Below, one piece after another: positions 43,971 through 58,246 of a stretch of 64,000 bases of DNA. The notes under the pieces were generated by a model. It was given only the letters and a program-made list of their open reading frames with translations, made no database searches and was not told where the DNA came from. The stretch's first letter is position 1. The number at the start of each line of letters is the position of its first letter. The stretch comes from Octopus vulgaris (Eukaryota), in the NCBI GenBank assembly GCA_951406725.2, contig OX597817.1:121086001-121150000 (forward strand), read 5' to 3'. The position numbers and the translations under genes were made by a program.

Positions 43971-44325
43971 AATACAGATAAAGGGTGAAATATAATTAAT
44001 TTAATAAAATCAATAAATTTCACCTAGTAGTATTTCAGTATGGAAAGGACCATATTCAGTAAAAATTTATATAATTATAATAAAGGGTTTTTTGCAACAA
44101 GTTGCTTAAACCCCATACTGAAAATATTAGAAATAGCAGTCAAAGGGCTACTATTACTACAAAAATAAGTCTCCACAAACAACAGTATTTGTAACTCATA
44201 TATGGTAAAAGAAGAAAGGAAACAACGAAACCACACCGTCGACTGTGGTTTTGTTGTTTCCTTTCTTCTTTTACCATATATGAGTTACAAATACTGTTGT
44301 TTGTGGAGACTTATTTTTGTAGTAA
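43971..44325. mobile_element. Fold-back insert in (TA)n; ~86-bp palindrome arms spanning 44154-44325, centred on gtcgac
   Basis: ttactacaaaaataagtctccacaaac...ccaca-cc-gtc|gac-tgtgg...gtttgtggagacttatttttgtagtaa; left terminus taaagggtgaa resembles taagggtgag at 25419. Confidence 0.8.
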
Positions 44326-44357
44326 ATATATATATATATATATATGCATACAAACAT

Positions 44358-44407
<50 letters not shown>

Positions 44408-44412
<5 letters not shown>

Positions 44413-45133
44413 GTGGTGAAGCATGACTTTCGAACTTTGGGCCTCACAGAGGCGATGACAAGAGACCAAGATCTCTGGAGATATGCTGTGATTGAGAAGA
44501 CCTGCCAAGTAAGATCACACCTGTAGCTTATACCAGTGTTGCATAATCAGCCCATTTAAAAAGTACCTTTGAATTGTCGGGCAACAAGCAGTGTTTGAGG
44601 AGACATATTGAATCAAGTAAAATCAAAAATCAAAATCAAAATCACAATCAGAATCTCAATCAAATCGAGATCAAAAATGTAAATTGTAGTTGTGGCTAAT
44701 GCCAGTACCATCTGACTGGCTCCCATGCTGGTGGCACACAATAAGCACCATTCATGTGTGGGTCATTGCCAGTACTGCCTAACTGGATCCCCGCTGCTGG
44801 TGGCGTGTAAAAAGCACCATCCGAATGTGGTCAATGCCACCCCCCACCCCACCACCACCACCATACCGACTGGCTCCTGTGCTGATAGTATGTACAAAGC
44901 ACCATCTGAACATGGCCAATTCCAGTGCCACCTGACTGGCTCCTGTGCCAGTGAGATGTAAAAAGCACCCACTACACTCTTGGAGTGGTTGGTGTTAGGG
45001 AGGGAAGCCAGCTGTAGAAACATTGCCAGATTAGATTGGAGCCTGGTGCAGCCTCCTGGCTTGCCAGTCCCCAGTCAAACCATCAAACCCATGCCAGAAT
45101 GGAAAACAGACTTTAAACGATGATGATGATGAT
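44408..45133 (+). mobile_element. LINE 3' end (RTE-like ORF tail, 3' UTR with internal tandem repeats, (GAT)n tail)
   Basis: EVVKHDFRTLGLTEAMTRDQDLWR resembles the DRxxWR C-terminal motif; gactggctcc...aaagcacc unit repeated ~4 times; tail shared with many short copies. Confidence 0.8.
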
Positions 45134-47815
45134 TATATATTTATATATGAAATAAGAGAAAAATGTTCAGAGGACTGCTTCTTCTAGTAATGATAATTAT
45201 TGTTTCTAGCAGAAAGCCTAAAATTTTGGAGAAGGTGTTAGTCAATCCAACTGATGTCAGTACTTCAGTGGTACTTATTTTATCAACTCTGAAAAGCTGA
45301 AATATGAAGTTGATTTTGGCTGGATTCGAACTCAGAACATGAAATGCAGCCCCAAACAGCACTAAGTATTTTTCATGATGCTCTACTCATTCTACCAATC
45401 CATTTCCCCTAATAAATTGTTCCCAATAGGCACAAAGTGAGGCGTTTTAAAGGACGAATTAGTTAATTAAAGTAAACTTGGTACTTTACTAGTATTTTAT
45501 TATTCTTTCTCTTACAGGCAGAAAGCATGAAATTTCACTGAGCAGCCAGTCAATTCCATTGACCCCATTGCTCAAATGGTACTTATTTTATGAACAGCAA
45601 AAAAATGGAAGCTAAAGTTGAACGTAGAACATAAAGCCAGAATAAATGTAGTTAAACATTTTGTCCAGTATGTTAATGATTCTGTGAGTTTGCTGCCTTC
45701 ACTCGTACTTTAATATATTAACCCTGAAAAATAGAAGACCAAGCTGACCTTTCTGAGATTTGAGCTGAAAATGTTAAAATATGGTGATATTGTAAGGCAA
45801 TTTGTTCAATACAATACTTACTCAACCAGTTTACCATTTGTATAATTGTTTCTGATATAATTACAAACACAAGAATTTGGTAGGAGGATAACAGTTGTAT
45901 ATATCTACCCATGTAATTGATTGATATTTTTCCTTTTTTCGCCACAGAAGGATGAATTTTGAATTTCATAGGCATATTGCCTGAAATTTAGGGAAAGGAG
46001 TTTAAATAAATCTACCCTTGTACTTGATATTTTATTTTATCAACCCCCAGAGGACGAAAGTAAATCTTGACCCATGAGATTTGAATTCAGAATGCAAAGA
46101 GCTGGAACAAATCTTGCATTTACCAAAGTTATTAATTCAGTATTCACAATTACACAAACAAATCACCAAAATATTTTCATTTTCCAGTAAATAGCTTATA
46201 TAATAATTGAATTAGTTCTTAATGTATTTGCTTGATAATTCATATATTTATATTTTTAAAATACCAATTTTGATTAATGATTAAAAGTAATTTCATAAAC
46301 TTCAAAATAAAAAGAGGAAACTATTGCAATTATTATTTTCGAGAAAACATTCTTGAAAGTATATTAACTATTTATTTTTCTTTACAGAACTTATCTTACT
46401 CTATAGAATCCTTTTAATGTTTGAAGTTGTTGTTGTTTAGTTTCAGTTTAGCACTGATCACATACTTATGATCAAATGTATTTCAACTGTGATCATACCA
46501 TCTTCTTGGACCATAATTATTTTGAGTTATTGGGAGTTTTAGCCAGGTTTGCTATGATTGCTTTATATATACTGAAAATAGTTGATGTATCCTAAATTAA
46601 ACAAAAATGAAATTCAAAAAAGATCTTTGAACTACACTGGTTACTCTGGTCTCAGCTGTAAATGTCCACCTGTTGTATAGTCATGGAAATTATATGTTGC
46701 TATAATTCTTAAGAACTGACTCAGGCTATGAGTATCCATTCAACCCATGCCAGCATGGAATGTGGATATACCATATTTTCTGGCTTACAAGTCAAGTTCA
46801 TCAGACCAAAATTTACAGCTAAAAGGAAAAAAAAAAAGCTCAGACTTAAACATCGACTTTGGAGGACCAAAATTTCCATGTGAAATGCAGCAGAATTTAG
46901 AAAGACAGGGAAGATATTTTGAATGTTTACATTCTGTGTTTGCCTTGTATATGATATCAACTTGTGCACCACAAAATGGTGTGAAATAATTCTGCAACAA
47001 CCTTCAAATATTATGATTGCTTGCATCCAACAATGCTGCTTAAATAGAAAGAATACTTAGAGTTTGTCTATTATTTCAATTTTCCTGTTTTCTTCCTATT
47101 AGAGCACAGTAGTTGATGCATCAAAAACTATTAACAAACGTTGTATGGGGTTAAATGAACACAGCGAGGTGTTTAATTCAATATTATTATTTATGCCATC
47201 CACAAACCTTCTACTACCTGCATATTAATAGATGCCAAGAAGGAAGCTTTTATGTAGTTACTCAAACTACAAGAATATAGCAACTAAATTTTATTCAAAT
47301 CACACCTACTACTTTCAAAAGGGAAGGTCATATTGGATAGAATATAGTTCTGGTTGCATTATGTCTTGAAGGAAAAAAGAACAAAATTACTAGAAATTGA
47401 AATAGGAACAGTTGTTATTTTCTTCATATACTGGTTTCAAATTTTGGCACAAGACTAGTAATTTGAGGGGAGGGTATAATTTGATTACATCGACTCCAGT
47501 TCTTAAATGGTACTTGACTTGTTGGCCCTGAAAGGATGAAAGGCAAAGAAGACCTTGGCAGAATGTGAAAATGGATGGAATGCCAATAAATTATTTTGTC
47601 TGACATGCTAATGATTTTGTCAGCTTGACACCTTATCTTCATGTATTAAAATCTATTTTTCCAAGCACCTTACCCCCACACACACATACACACACATATA
47701 TACAAACATACATACATTCATATATACATGTATGTATAGTATAATAAAAGGGATTAAAATCTGATCTGTGTCCTCAGGAAGCATTTCTACAAAATCTTGG
47801 CTATCAATTGTATAC

Positions 47816-48013
47816 TCTTTTTCTTTTACTTGCTTCAGTCATTTGACTGCGGCCATGCTGGAGCACCGCCTTTAGTCGAGCAAGTCGACCCCAGGACTTA
47901 TTCTTTGTAAGCCCAGTACTTATTCAATCGGTCTCTTTTGCCGAACCGCTAAGTGACGGGGACGTAAACACACCAGCATCGGTTGTCAAGCAATGCTAGG
48001 GGGACAAACACAG

Positions 48014-48044
<31 letters not shown>

Positions 48045-48216
48045 CATATATACGACAGGCTTCTTTCAGTTTCTGTCTACCAAATCCACTCACAAGGCAT
48101 TGGTCGGCCCGGGGCTATAGCAGAAGACACTTCCCCAAGATGCCACGCAGTGGGACTGAACCTGGAACCATGTGGTTGGTTAGCAAGCTACTTACCACAC
48201 AGCCACTCCTGCGCCT
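47816..48216 (-). mobile_element. Full-length young family C SINE (tRNA head, CORE-like motif, internal (TA)/(TG))
   Basis: Minus strand ggcgcaggagtggctgtgtggtaag (A box)...gggttcagtccc-like B box...ggcatcttgggg; CpGs retained. Confidence 0.9.
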
Positions 48217-48286
48217 ATATATGTAGATGGTCTATCTTTAAGAATAAAACTATCCATACAAGTTCAAATTCCTGGTCAAGTATATT

Positions 48287-48472
48287 CTTTTCTACTCAAG
48301 GCACAAGGCCTGAAATTTGGGGGGAGGGGGCGAGTCGATTAGATTGACCCCAGTACGCAACTGTTACTTAATTTATTGACCCCCACAATAAGATGAAGGG
48401 CAAAGTCGGCATTGATGGAATTTGAACTCAAACGTAAAGATAGACGAAATTCCACTAAGCAAGCTCACCACC
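48287..48472 (-). mobile_element. Family A SINE with perfect 18-bp TSD
   Basis: ttcctggtcaagtatatt at 48269-48286 and 48473-48490. Confidence 0.9.
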
Positions 48473-49070
48473 TTCCTGGTCAAGTATATTAGTCATAAAA
48501 TATGGATTGTATTGGAACAACTGCAACTACTGAATTCAAAATAATACCATAAATTATAGTCTTTGTTTCAATATACGTATCTTTTACTTGTTTCAGTCAT
48601 TTGATGTAGCCATACTGAGGCACAACTTTGAAGGGTTTCTAAGTAAAAAAAATTGACCCTAGGACTTATTTTTTTAATGCCTAGTACTTATTCTATTAGA
48701 CTCTTTTGTTGAACTACTAAGTTGCAGGGATGTAAACACTGGTTGTCAAGTACTGATGGGGACAATACAGACATAAAGACACACATAAATACATGCTCTC
48801 TCTCTCTCTCTCTCTCTCACGCACACAAACATATCTATATAAATAAATATAAGAATGATACTATTTCTAAAAATGATATCGTTAGTAGCCGTAAGCATAC
48901 AGCCGTATAGGCAAATTAATAAATTATATATAAAATATATAAATATATTTATATATACTAGGGTATTACATAAGCACCTGCTTCACTAAAAATAGAAGTC
49001 AAAATATTTCCAAACCACAGAAGATATGTATATGTATATACACATATACATATCTTCCTGTTACAACCTG

Positions 49071-49112
49071 GGACCTTGAAGACTGCTTAAATGCAAGAAA
49101 GTATACTAGTCC
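49071..49112 (+). ncRNA. Minimal type I hammerhead, slightly decayed, in a TA-flanked element (~48836-49290)
   Basis: ggac-C(T)TGAAGA-ctgc-ttaaat-gcaa-GAAA-GTATAC-TA-gtcc; stem I ggac/gtcc; palindromic stem III AGTATACT. Confidence 0.65.
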
Positions 49113-49299
49113 TTTAATATTTGGTATTCAATATTTCATCTATTCAATAAGACAATCGATACTTCATTTCATTTTACTATATATACTATTTATACTATAT
49201 CCTACATTAATATTATAAGACTATAAATAAAACATAAAAAACAGAGTTGGAATTCCTTTGAATTATATATTCCTCTATACACAATCATACAAACACCTT

Positions 49300-49370
<71 letters not shown>

Positions 49371-50147
49371 GTGAAGGTGCATAGCTTAGTGGTTAGGGTG
49401 TTGTGCTCACAGTTATGAAGTCGTGGTTTCGATTTCTAGACTGAGCACTGATTTGTTGTTCTTGAGCAAAACACTTCATTTCATGTTGCTCTGCAATGAC
49501 TTTTAATCATCTGACTTGTGGCATATGGTGCACCTGTACAGGTAATGTTGATTTGATGGAGTGAGTGAGCTTATGTGAGCACAAATATTTGATCACTATA
49601 AACAAATCATATGTGTGGTTGTTTGGCAAGAAATTGCCGACTCCTCATACATCGTCTAATGACAAGAGAGTCCATTATGTATACACACACACACACACAT
49701 ACACATACGCAATGAGCTTCTTTCAGTTTCTATCTACCAAATCTATTCACAAGGATTTGGTTGGCCTGAGGTTACAGTAGAAGACACTTGCACAAGATGA
49801 CATACACTGGTACTGAACCCAGAACCATGTAGTTAGGAAGCAAACTTCTTACCACACAGCAATGGCCATGCTCATCACACGGTACATACCACTTTTGTCA
49901 CTGCTACTTCCCCTCTTATTCGAGGGTGTTTTTCTTGCTAGTTACTTGGTAACCTCACTGGTGCTGGTGTCATATACAAAGCTCCCAGCACACTCTACAT
50001 TGGTTGAAAACAGGAAGGACATCCAGCTGCAGAAACTAAACCAAAGCAGACAAAGCTTGGTACATTCCTTCGGCCTATCAGCTCCTGTCAAACTGCCCAA
50101 CCAATGCCAACATGGATAATGGATGTTAAATGGTGGTGACGAAGATA

Positions 50148-50495
50148 TCTTTATATATAAAAGTCAAGTTGTGTTTCCTAAATCTCCTACGATTTAGATT
50201 CCTAACTACTCCCACATTTTGCGATGCAGTTTAACCAAAACCGGGTATCTTATAGTTGTGCTTCATATCGAGCCCTTCTGGGTATTAGCGCGCGTCTACG
50301 ATGAGTCTACGATTTAAAAAAAAAATTACCATCATTTTTTTCCATTTTAATGAATTTTTTCGCTATTATATAAGGGAAGTAACTCTCTAAAAATGTCTAT
50401 TTTTAATGCATTTTTTTGCTATTTTTTGGCTCTCTAAAAATGCTTATATAGTTATTTCCCTTACAAACCCGAGCAACGCTGGGCGATACTGCTAG
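50148..50495 (+). mobile_element. Non-autonomous Helitron
   Basis: A|TC start (tctttatatataaaa), subterminal GC hairpin cccgagcaacgctggg (50468-50483), CTAG|T end, no TSD. Confidence 0.85.
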
Positions 50496-51546
50496 TATAT
50501 ATATATATTCAAATTCTGCCAAGGTTGACTTTGCCTTTCATCCTTTTGGAGTCAATAAATTAAGTACCAGTTGCATACTGGGGTCGATCTAATCGACTGC
50601 CCCCCACCTCCACTTAAATTTCGGGCCTTATGCCTAGAGTAGAAAAGATATATGTATATATACATATATAGAATTATTAATGCAATATATTTTTATCTCC
50701 TCTTTTCTTTCATAGTCACAAACAATCGCTGCTTCTTATAGAATAAAAAAGGAAATTTCAATTAATTAATATTAATTGAAATTTTTTGCATTCAGTACAC
50801 AGCCTATTAATTAAATAATCCACATTCCTGTCATTAGCTCATTTGAGCTATTTCTCTTGGTTCGTTTTATTTTCATACCCATGATGTATAGATGCGTTTT
50901 ACTTATATCACTTCTAATGTTCAACATCATAAAATACACATAGAAACATGTTGTTGCAACGTAATGTATTTATCTATCTATTTCTCCCACACTCTTTTAG
51001 AAATATATAGTGTATGATTTATAGGCATGTTAATTGATTTTGAGACAGGGCAAGTAAGTGAAACCACTAAAACAGCAGAAGATCACATATGAGTTTAGAG
51101 AGTATGGTAATGGCGTCGATGGTTATAATGGGGATGAATGAGGTGGTAACGGTGATGGTGGTTGAAGATAATGAAATTGATGCATTTATATATTTTACAA
51201 ACAGTATTTCAGCTGTTCAAATATTTTTCTGTAAGTAGCTACCATTAAGAATAACAAGTGATGTCAAATGGTTTTTTTCTTAATTTTCTTTTTCACTTTT
51301 ACCTCATTTTTATGAGACTCTCCGCTTTTGACCAACATTTTCATATATATATATCTTGCTCTTCACATTTCTACAAACAACTCATCATCATCATATCGTT
51401 ATCCTCCTCTTCTTCTTCATCATCATCATCGTCATCATTTAACTGCAATAACATAAATCCTCCTTTAACCATTACAGCTTTCACAATCAGTTGCAGTACT
51501 GTGATCGCACAATTAATTACTCCTGGTTGTTCATGGAACTTGAATT

Positions 51547-51845
51547 GTGGAGGCACATGGCCTAGTTGTTAGAGCAGCAGACTCGCAATTGAGGGATTGT
51601 GGATTCGAATCTCAGACCAGGCGATGTGTGTGTTTATGAGCGAAACACCTAAGCTCCATGCAGCTCCGGCAGAAGGTAATGGCGAACTTCTGCTTACTCT
51701 TTCGCCACAACTTTCTCTCACTCTTTCCTCCTGCATCTTGCAGCTCACATGCAACGGACCGGTGTCACATCCAGGTGGGAAAGCTATACACCAAGGAAAC
51801 CAGCCCTTATGAGCCAGGTGTGGACGAGAAGAAACAAACAAAAAA
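51547..51845 (+). mobile_element. tRNA-derived SINE with perfect 14-bp TSD
   Basis: atggaacttgaatt at 51533-51546 and 51846-51859; A box tggcctagttgttag, B box ggattcgaatctc. Confidence 0.9.
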
Positions 51846-52042
51846 ATGGAACTTGAATTCCTAATTGGAATTTGAACTCAAAATGCAGTGCACTAAAACA
51901 GATACCTCAAGGCAACCCAGCAACCCTTTTAACAATTTTGCCAATCCACCATACTGGAATAGAACGTTATTCTTTGACTCCAAAATGCCAAGTCAGTTTT
52001 GGTAGGATTTACACTCAGAAATTTACAAGAAATATCACGAGA

Positions 52043-52228
52043 CTGCATTTCTTAACCATTTTTCACTTGTGCTACACTTATATTCTTTTCAAAATTCAGC
52101 AGCACACCTGGGCTAAAAATGTGACTAAAATCATAGGGGAAGAATTATATTCAGGTTACACTGTGACACACCTAGCATCATCTTGTGGCACATCAGTGTG
52201 CCATGGCATACCAGTTGCAGAACACTGG
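52043..52228. mobile_element. hAT-like MITE (related copy ~62246-62416)
   Basis: Shared cacttgtg(c/g)tacacttatatt...ttacactg...acctagcatcatct...ggcatac; ends gttgcagaacactg. Confidence 0.6.
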
Positions 52229-54107
52229 TCTGGACATCATGCAATGACTGTAAATGAGCAGAGCAATTCCTGTCATACAAGTGAGGTTGTTTGTTGCCTG
52301 CCTTCCATGATAAACATATCTTGCTATGGTAAGATGTTACCTTATTTGGAAACAGGTAAGGATTGAAGACAAAAAGGGCATCCAGCTGTCAAAATCTTCC
52401 ACTACAAATTCTGTTTGCCCTATGCAAACAGGCAGAAAGTGGATGTTAAATGATGATGGTTATGTGAACTACCATGTTGCATAATGCTCTCTCCTTATTG
52501 CCTAAGCCAATCTGATATACTCATCTCTCCTTCATTCACATTCCCTACATTGTCTCACCTATTACTCCAAAATTTTTTACCAATTACACTTTTCCCAGAC
52601 TTCCTACCTGTCCAGAGATATATCTCTCTGGAACTTGATTCCTGTCCATGTAGTTGTTATTGTTGTTTAGCCCCCACCCCACCCCACCCCACCCCCATCT
52701 CCACCCTCACCCCACCCCCATCTCCACCCTCACCCCAAGTCAGTCATGACTGAGTCAACTAATTATCAAAGATGTTCCACTTGTGACCATCCTGAAGTTT
52801 TGCATATTCAAGACAACATTATCCTGTTTTCTTTTTGAAGATAGTAGCATCTGATTTGAGAGAGATTTGGCAGAAATGTCTGGAGATCTAGCAACTGTTT
52901 AAAGATGACCTCACATTTGACCCAGTCATGAAAATTCAAAATTTTAAAGAATGTTATATGCAAGCCTTTATATTCAACAAAATGGTTTCAAGCTTTCATA
53001 ATTTCAGCGTTGTCTATCGGTTCCATGTGATATTAATTACAATACTTGTTCATTAGCTGTATATTTCTTAATAAACATATCTAATATATTTGTAGCTATT
53101 TGTACATTATTGTGTGTATCCATATACTAGAACCTTGACACACACTGTTTTTATTTTGGTGGGGAAATGATCATACCATTTTTTGTAGACAAGAATCTGA
53201 TAAGGCTTAGAAATTGTAAACTGAGGACACCGACTAATTAGTTGGTCATGCCTGTGTAATTAATCACTGTTAGATACGCTAGGACATCTTGCAAATACAA
53301 GATTGATCACTCTATTAAATTTTCAAGAAATGACATCTCCTCCTCCACTTCCTGCGCCTCCTCCTCTACTGCCTCCTCTGCTTCTTCTTCCTCTGTCTTC
53401 TCCTCCTCTCCTCCTTTTCCTCCTCCTTATGTTTGTTTAAGACCTAACAGATTGGGTTGTTTATCTCAAGGTCAAGTACCATCCTATAACAAACCCATGA
53501 TCAGAGGCATTCCAGTTACGACCTTCCCTTCCACACACTCCACCACTGTCACCTCCACTACCTGATGCAGCATCTCAAGATTAATTTATATTATTATCCA
53601 GTGTGCAATATATTCCTTTCCCATTTTCAAGATAGTACAACATAATTTGATGAAGACTATTTACTGTTTGCTATTTCTAGCAGGTCATGGAACCATGTAG
53701 AGACTTTCCTGTGATTGTTTGTCAGATTGGATTAGATTGGAATGGTTTATTCAGCTGTTGGCTATGAATAACAAGAGTCCAGAATAACAAGACACAAGTA
53801 AAGAAAGTAAATTCATTCGCTCAGAAATTCATTTCCTGTAGTAAACCCTTCAACAGTTGCATAACACTTTGCATGTAAAAATTATGAATAAAATATTAAA
53901 CAAACAGAAAAACACCAGAGTTGAAATCTTATAATTTAAAGTGCAACTACTAAAATTCTATTTAAATATTTTTTTAAGGAATTTGTGGGCGGTTGTTAGG
54001 ATTTGTTTCTGTGTTGTTTTTATGGGGGTTTTGTTGTGAGGAGTCATAAATTGGCTTGATAAAGATGGAGTATAACAATTAAAATTTAATGGAGTTAACA
54101 TTTTAGT

Positions 54108-54595
54108 TCAGGAAGAGAGAGAGAGAGAGAATGGAGTAGAAAGAAAGAGAGAGAAAGTATATGTGTATGTGTCTATGTTTGTGTGTATGTGTGAACACAG
54201 AGATGGAGAGAGAGAAAGAGGGAAAGGTAAAAAGAGAAAGGAAGAGAGAGAGAGAGAGGAAAAGAAAGAGAAAGAAAAAGAGTGTGCAGAGAGAAAAGAA
54301 GAAAGAGAAAGTATGGATATGTAAGAGAAGAGTTGTGTGCTTGTGAAAAAGAAAGAGCTTATATCTGTATGTGTGAACAAAGAGAGAGAGAGAGAGAGAA
54401 TGAGAGGAAAATAGAGAGAGGGAGAAGATAGAAAGACAGAAAGTGACAGGGAGAGAAAGAGAAAGTGAGAGAAAAGAGAGGGAGAGAATGGCAGTGTAAA
54501 ACAAGAGTTGTGTTTTGATGAAGAAAGATTATATATCTATGTGTGCAAAGAAAGAGAGAGAGAGAGAGACAGAGAGACAGAGGATTAGAGAGAAG
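54108..54595. repeat. GA-rich low-complexity tract
   Basis: Direct reading. Confidence 0.9.
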
Positions 54596-55609
54596 CAGTG
54601 TGTTGCTACTTGCTGATGAATTACATTATTAGTTACATCTCTGCAGGTTGTAATTCTTCTGCTAAGGCTAAACCACCTGAGACAAAAACAGTTTTGATGT
54701 ATTCACATTCAAATTTAAACCTTCCATTACAATTTTATGAAAGAACCTTTTGTTAAATATTGTTCCAGCCATCAGCTTAATAAGGAAGAGTCAGTTGTTT
54801 TACTAAATAACCTCCAAATTCTGGAATTATTGTCAAAATAAATTCTGACATGTAGAAATTGTGTTTCAATAGAAACATGATCTTTGAAAGGTTAAAGACA
54901 TGTTTTGTTGTTTTTGTTTTCCATGTCAGAAGAGGAAAGGTGCTGTTTATAATCCTTTGCTGAACTACCACATCAGGTGGTAAGGGCAGATCAAAATGTG
55001 TTAATCTTTAATCCAACATCCAGCCTTATCTTGCCTATCAAGCAGCTAGGTTGTGGCGTTATACCAGGTGATGGATTAAATTAGTGGTTCCCAAAGAGGG
55101 TGGTATAGCTCCTCTTAGGGGCAATAGAAAAATCAAGGGGCAGTGGGTATTGAAAAAAAGTGGGGTGACCAAAAGACAGTGATAGGTGTAAAAAAAAACC
55201 TGAAATAATGTTACCAGAAATATAGGATCCTCACTTTTGAGACATTTTTTGTTATATCTGCTCAATCAGCACTGATCTGGTGCAAAACAACAACAATAAC
55301 AACAACAACAACAACTATATTTCCTGTTTGCTGCTCTATTAATACATATAAGGCAGCCAGCCAATTGACAGAGTCTTTGGAGTGTTAGACAGATTGCTTT
55401 GTATTAATGTTCCAACTCTCTGTGTTCTGAGTTTAAAACCTCATGATGTCAAATTGCCTGTTCTGAGAGATGTTGAATCTTTTCTTTCTCTCACTCTTTA
55501 TTCATGCCCTTGTCTCTTTTTATAGAAACAATTTTAAATGGCTGACAGACCTGGAGAGGGATGGGCTTCACCTAAAATTAAAAGGACATCAAATATATGA
55601 TGTTATATC

Positions 55610-55826
55610 TGAGGGTTTGCTGCAAAGTTCCTAGCTTTAGGTAAAAAAAATTACAGGAGAATCAGTTAATTATGATTTTATTCAACATATTCCCATCTCA
55701 GATTCACATGCTTATTGCAATGGTCCTTCAGTTTTTCTAAGCCCTGTAAATGAATTCAGAAGGTTGGGCCTCCAACCAGACCCTATGCAACACCCTTAAA
55801 TCCAGGAACTTTTCAGCACTCCTTCA
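55610..55826. mobile_element. mariner-type MITE
   Basis: ~29-bp imperfect TIRs gagggtttgctgcaaagttcctagcttta / taaatccaggaacttttcagcactccttc. Confidence 0.75.
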
Positions 55827-57885
55827 AATGTCATGACAATGCACCTAATATTCCACAAAAGAGTTGAGAGTCTAAGACAAGGAAAATACACAAACACACA
55901 CAAATGCATTATATGACTTGACACCTTTCCACTATCCTCTACCCTTTTCCAAATGGGGCTGCCCTGTATTTCATGTTTTCTGTTGCACAATCCACACTCT
56001 AACCTCTCATCACCTGGTACAAAGCCACCTCTCTTAATACCTCTCCCACTGCTTTTGAGGGATTTTGTCTTGTGAGTTACTTGGTAACCTCACTTGATAA
56101 CAGTGTGACATATCAAAAGCATCCGGTACACTGTGTAATGTGGTTGACTACAGGAAGGGCATCCACCCAAAGAAACCATGCTCAAACAGACATTGGTGCT
56201 CAGCTACAATTTTTTGGCTTGTTGGTTCCTGTCAAACAGTCCAACTTATGCCAGCATGAAAAACTGATATAAATGGTATGCAGGGTAGATGAAACAGGGA
56301 CAACTGAAGAAGGGGAATATTCCTTATGTTGTATGTCTTGTTCTTCTGTTTGTTTCTATGTTTTTGTTTTTATGTTTTCGTTTTTCATTGTGTTCAACGT
56401 TTTTTTTTGATGTCCTGTACCCATATATGCATGTATGTATATACATATATATGTAGGTATGTACATATATGTATGTATATATGCACATATTTATATAGTA
56501 TTTATATTATTTTTTATTTATATATATATATATGTGTGTGTGTGCGTGTGTGTGTATGAGAAGGAGAGAGCTGTATAGATAAATAGAGATATTATCATCA
56601 CCACACTATCATTATCTATATACATACATACATATATATAGTTTGTACGTTTTATGTTGAAATGGAGGGTTATTACAGAATATGGCATTGTAGAAAGAGC
56701 AGAAAAATAGCTCATTAGTGAGAATTGACAAAGTATTTAATGTATATATATATATATATACATACACACACATATATATATATATTTTTATACATGTACA
56801 TATATATAAGAATGTATGTATATACACATACTGTGTCTTCGTATTTGAAAGACAGTTAGTTACCTGTAATTGCCCATTGTCCATCTGCCTAATGTTATTT
56901 CAAGCTTGAGGTTTGAGATGAATTAACTAGAGATAGTTAAAAGTTTATTGAGGTAGTTAAATCAATGACTTGAGAAAGAGCAGCTGTATAGAATCTCCTT
57001 CAACTTAGGGAGTATAGTTGGATGCCAATTAATAGCGGTTTCTTATTTTTAATAAATTTCTCATTTTAGTGCTTAGAGTATTTCAAGTGACAAAATCTTC
57101 AAAAATCCATGAAATGAAGGAAAGAGTTTTTTTTTAATTTTTTCATTTTAATTTTTATTACTTTTTTTTTTTTTATGATGTTCTTTCTCTTCAGAATCAC
57201 AAACTAGATTTCTAGATTTGTTTTTATCTGAAAGCAAATTACAAACAGAATTTCTAAAAGACATTAATTATAAAATATTTCTCCAGAAGTATTCAATGTT
57301 AGCTTGTCAGAATGTTGTCATGATTTTCAATACTCTACTACAAAAGGTTTAGGGATATTTTAAGCAACTAAACTTCTCTTATCTCAGTCTCTTTATTTAA
57401 CACATTATTATTATTATTATTTTTATTTTTATTATTTGTGGATGTGAATATGCATTGTTTGGGTTGTATATCTCTGTAATCATCTTGCGATGTTGTCATC
57501 TGAAAATTAACTATTTGAATATTCCTTACAACAAGTATGTTCTTCCAAACAGCATAAGTTTGCTCAGGAGGTAAAGAAGAGTTAATTGTAAAGAATATTA
57601 AACGAGGTCACACCAAACCCCTTTGCCCTGATTTAATATTTTTAACCCTGTTGATATTAGACCAAATAAAATGCATATATTACCAAATTCATGCTACATA
57701 CTTTAAACGTTTATGGGTGTAACATAATAATGATGATAATAATAATAATAATAATAATAATAGAAATAGTGAAAGCAAGAACAACAACTGTGTATACACA
57801 CACATATTTACACACACATACTCATATATAAATACATATATACATATATATATGTATATATACATATATATATATGTATATATAC

Positions 57886-57944
<59 letters not shown>

Positions 57945-58212
57945 TACACATATATATATACATATATATATATATACATATATACATATACATATATACA
58001 CATATATATATATACATATATACATATACATATATACATATATATATATACATATATATATATATACAAATATATACATACACACACATATATGCATGCA
58101 AACTGTGCACATGTGAACATTTGTGTGAATGTGTGTGTACAGTATATGCATGTATGTGTATGCATATTATTATATATATGTATGTATATCTATATATGTG
58201 TGTGTGTGTGAT

Positions 58213-58246
<34 letters not shown>

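Noticed and set aside
44690-44970. Regularly spaced gactggctcc...aaagcacc repeats, superficially array-like
   Set aside because: Degenerate tandem units inside a LINE 3' UTR; no unique spacers, eukaryotic context, not CRISPR
46769-46850. taccatattttctggcttacaagtc, pogo/Tc2-like terminus overlapping a minus-strand CTGATGA...GAAA
   Set aside because: No matching second TIR found, and no stem I for a hammerhead
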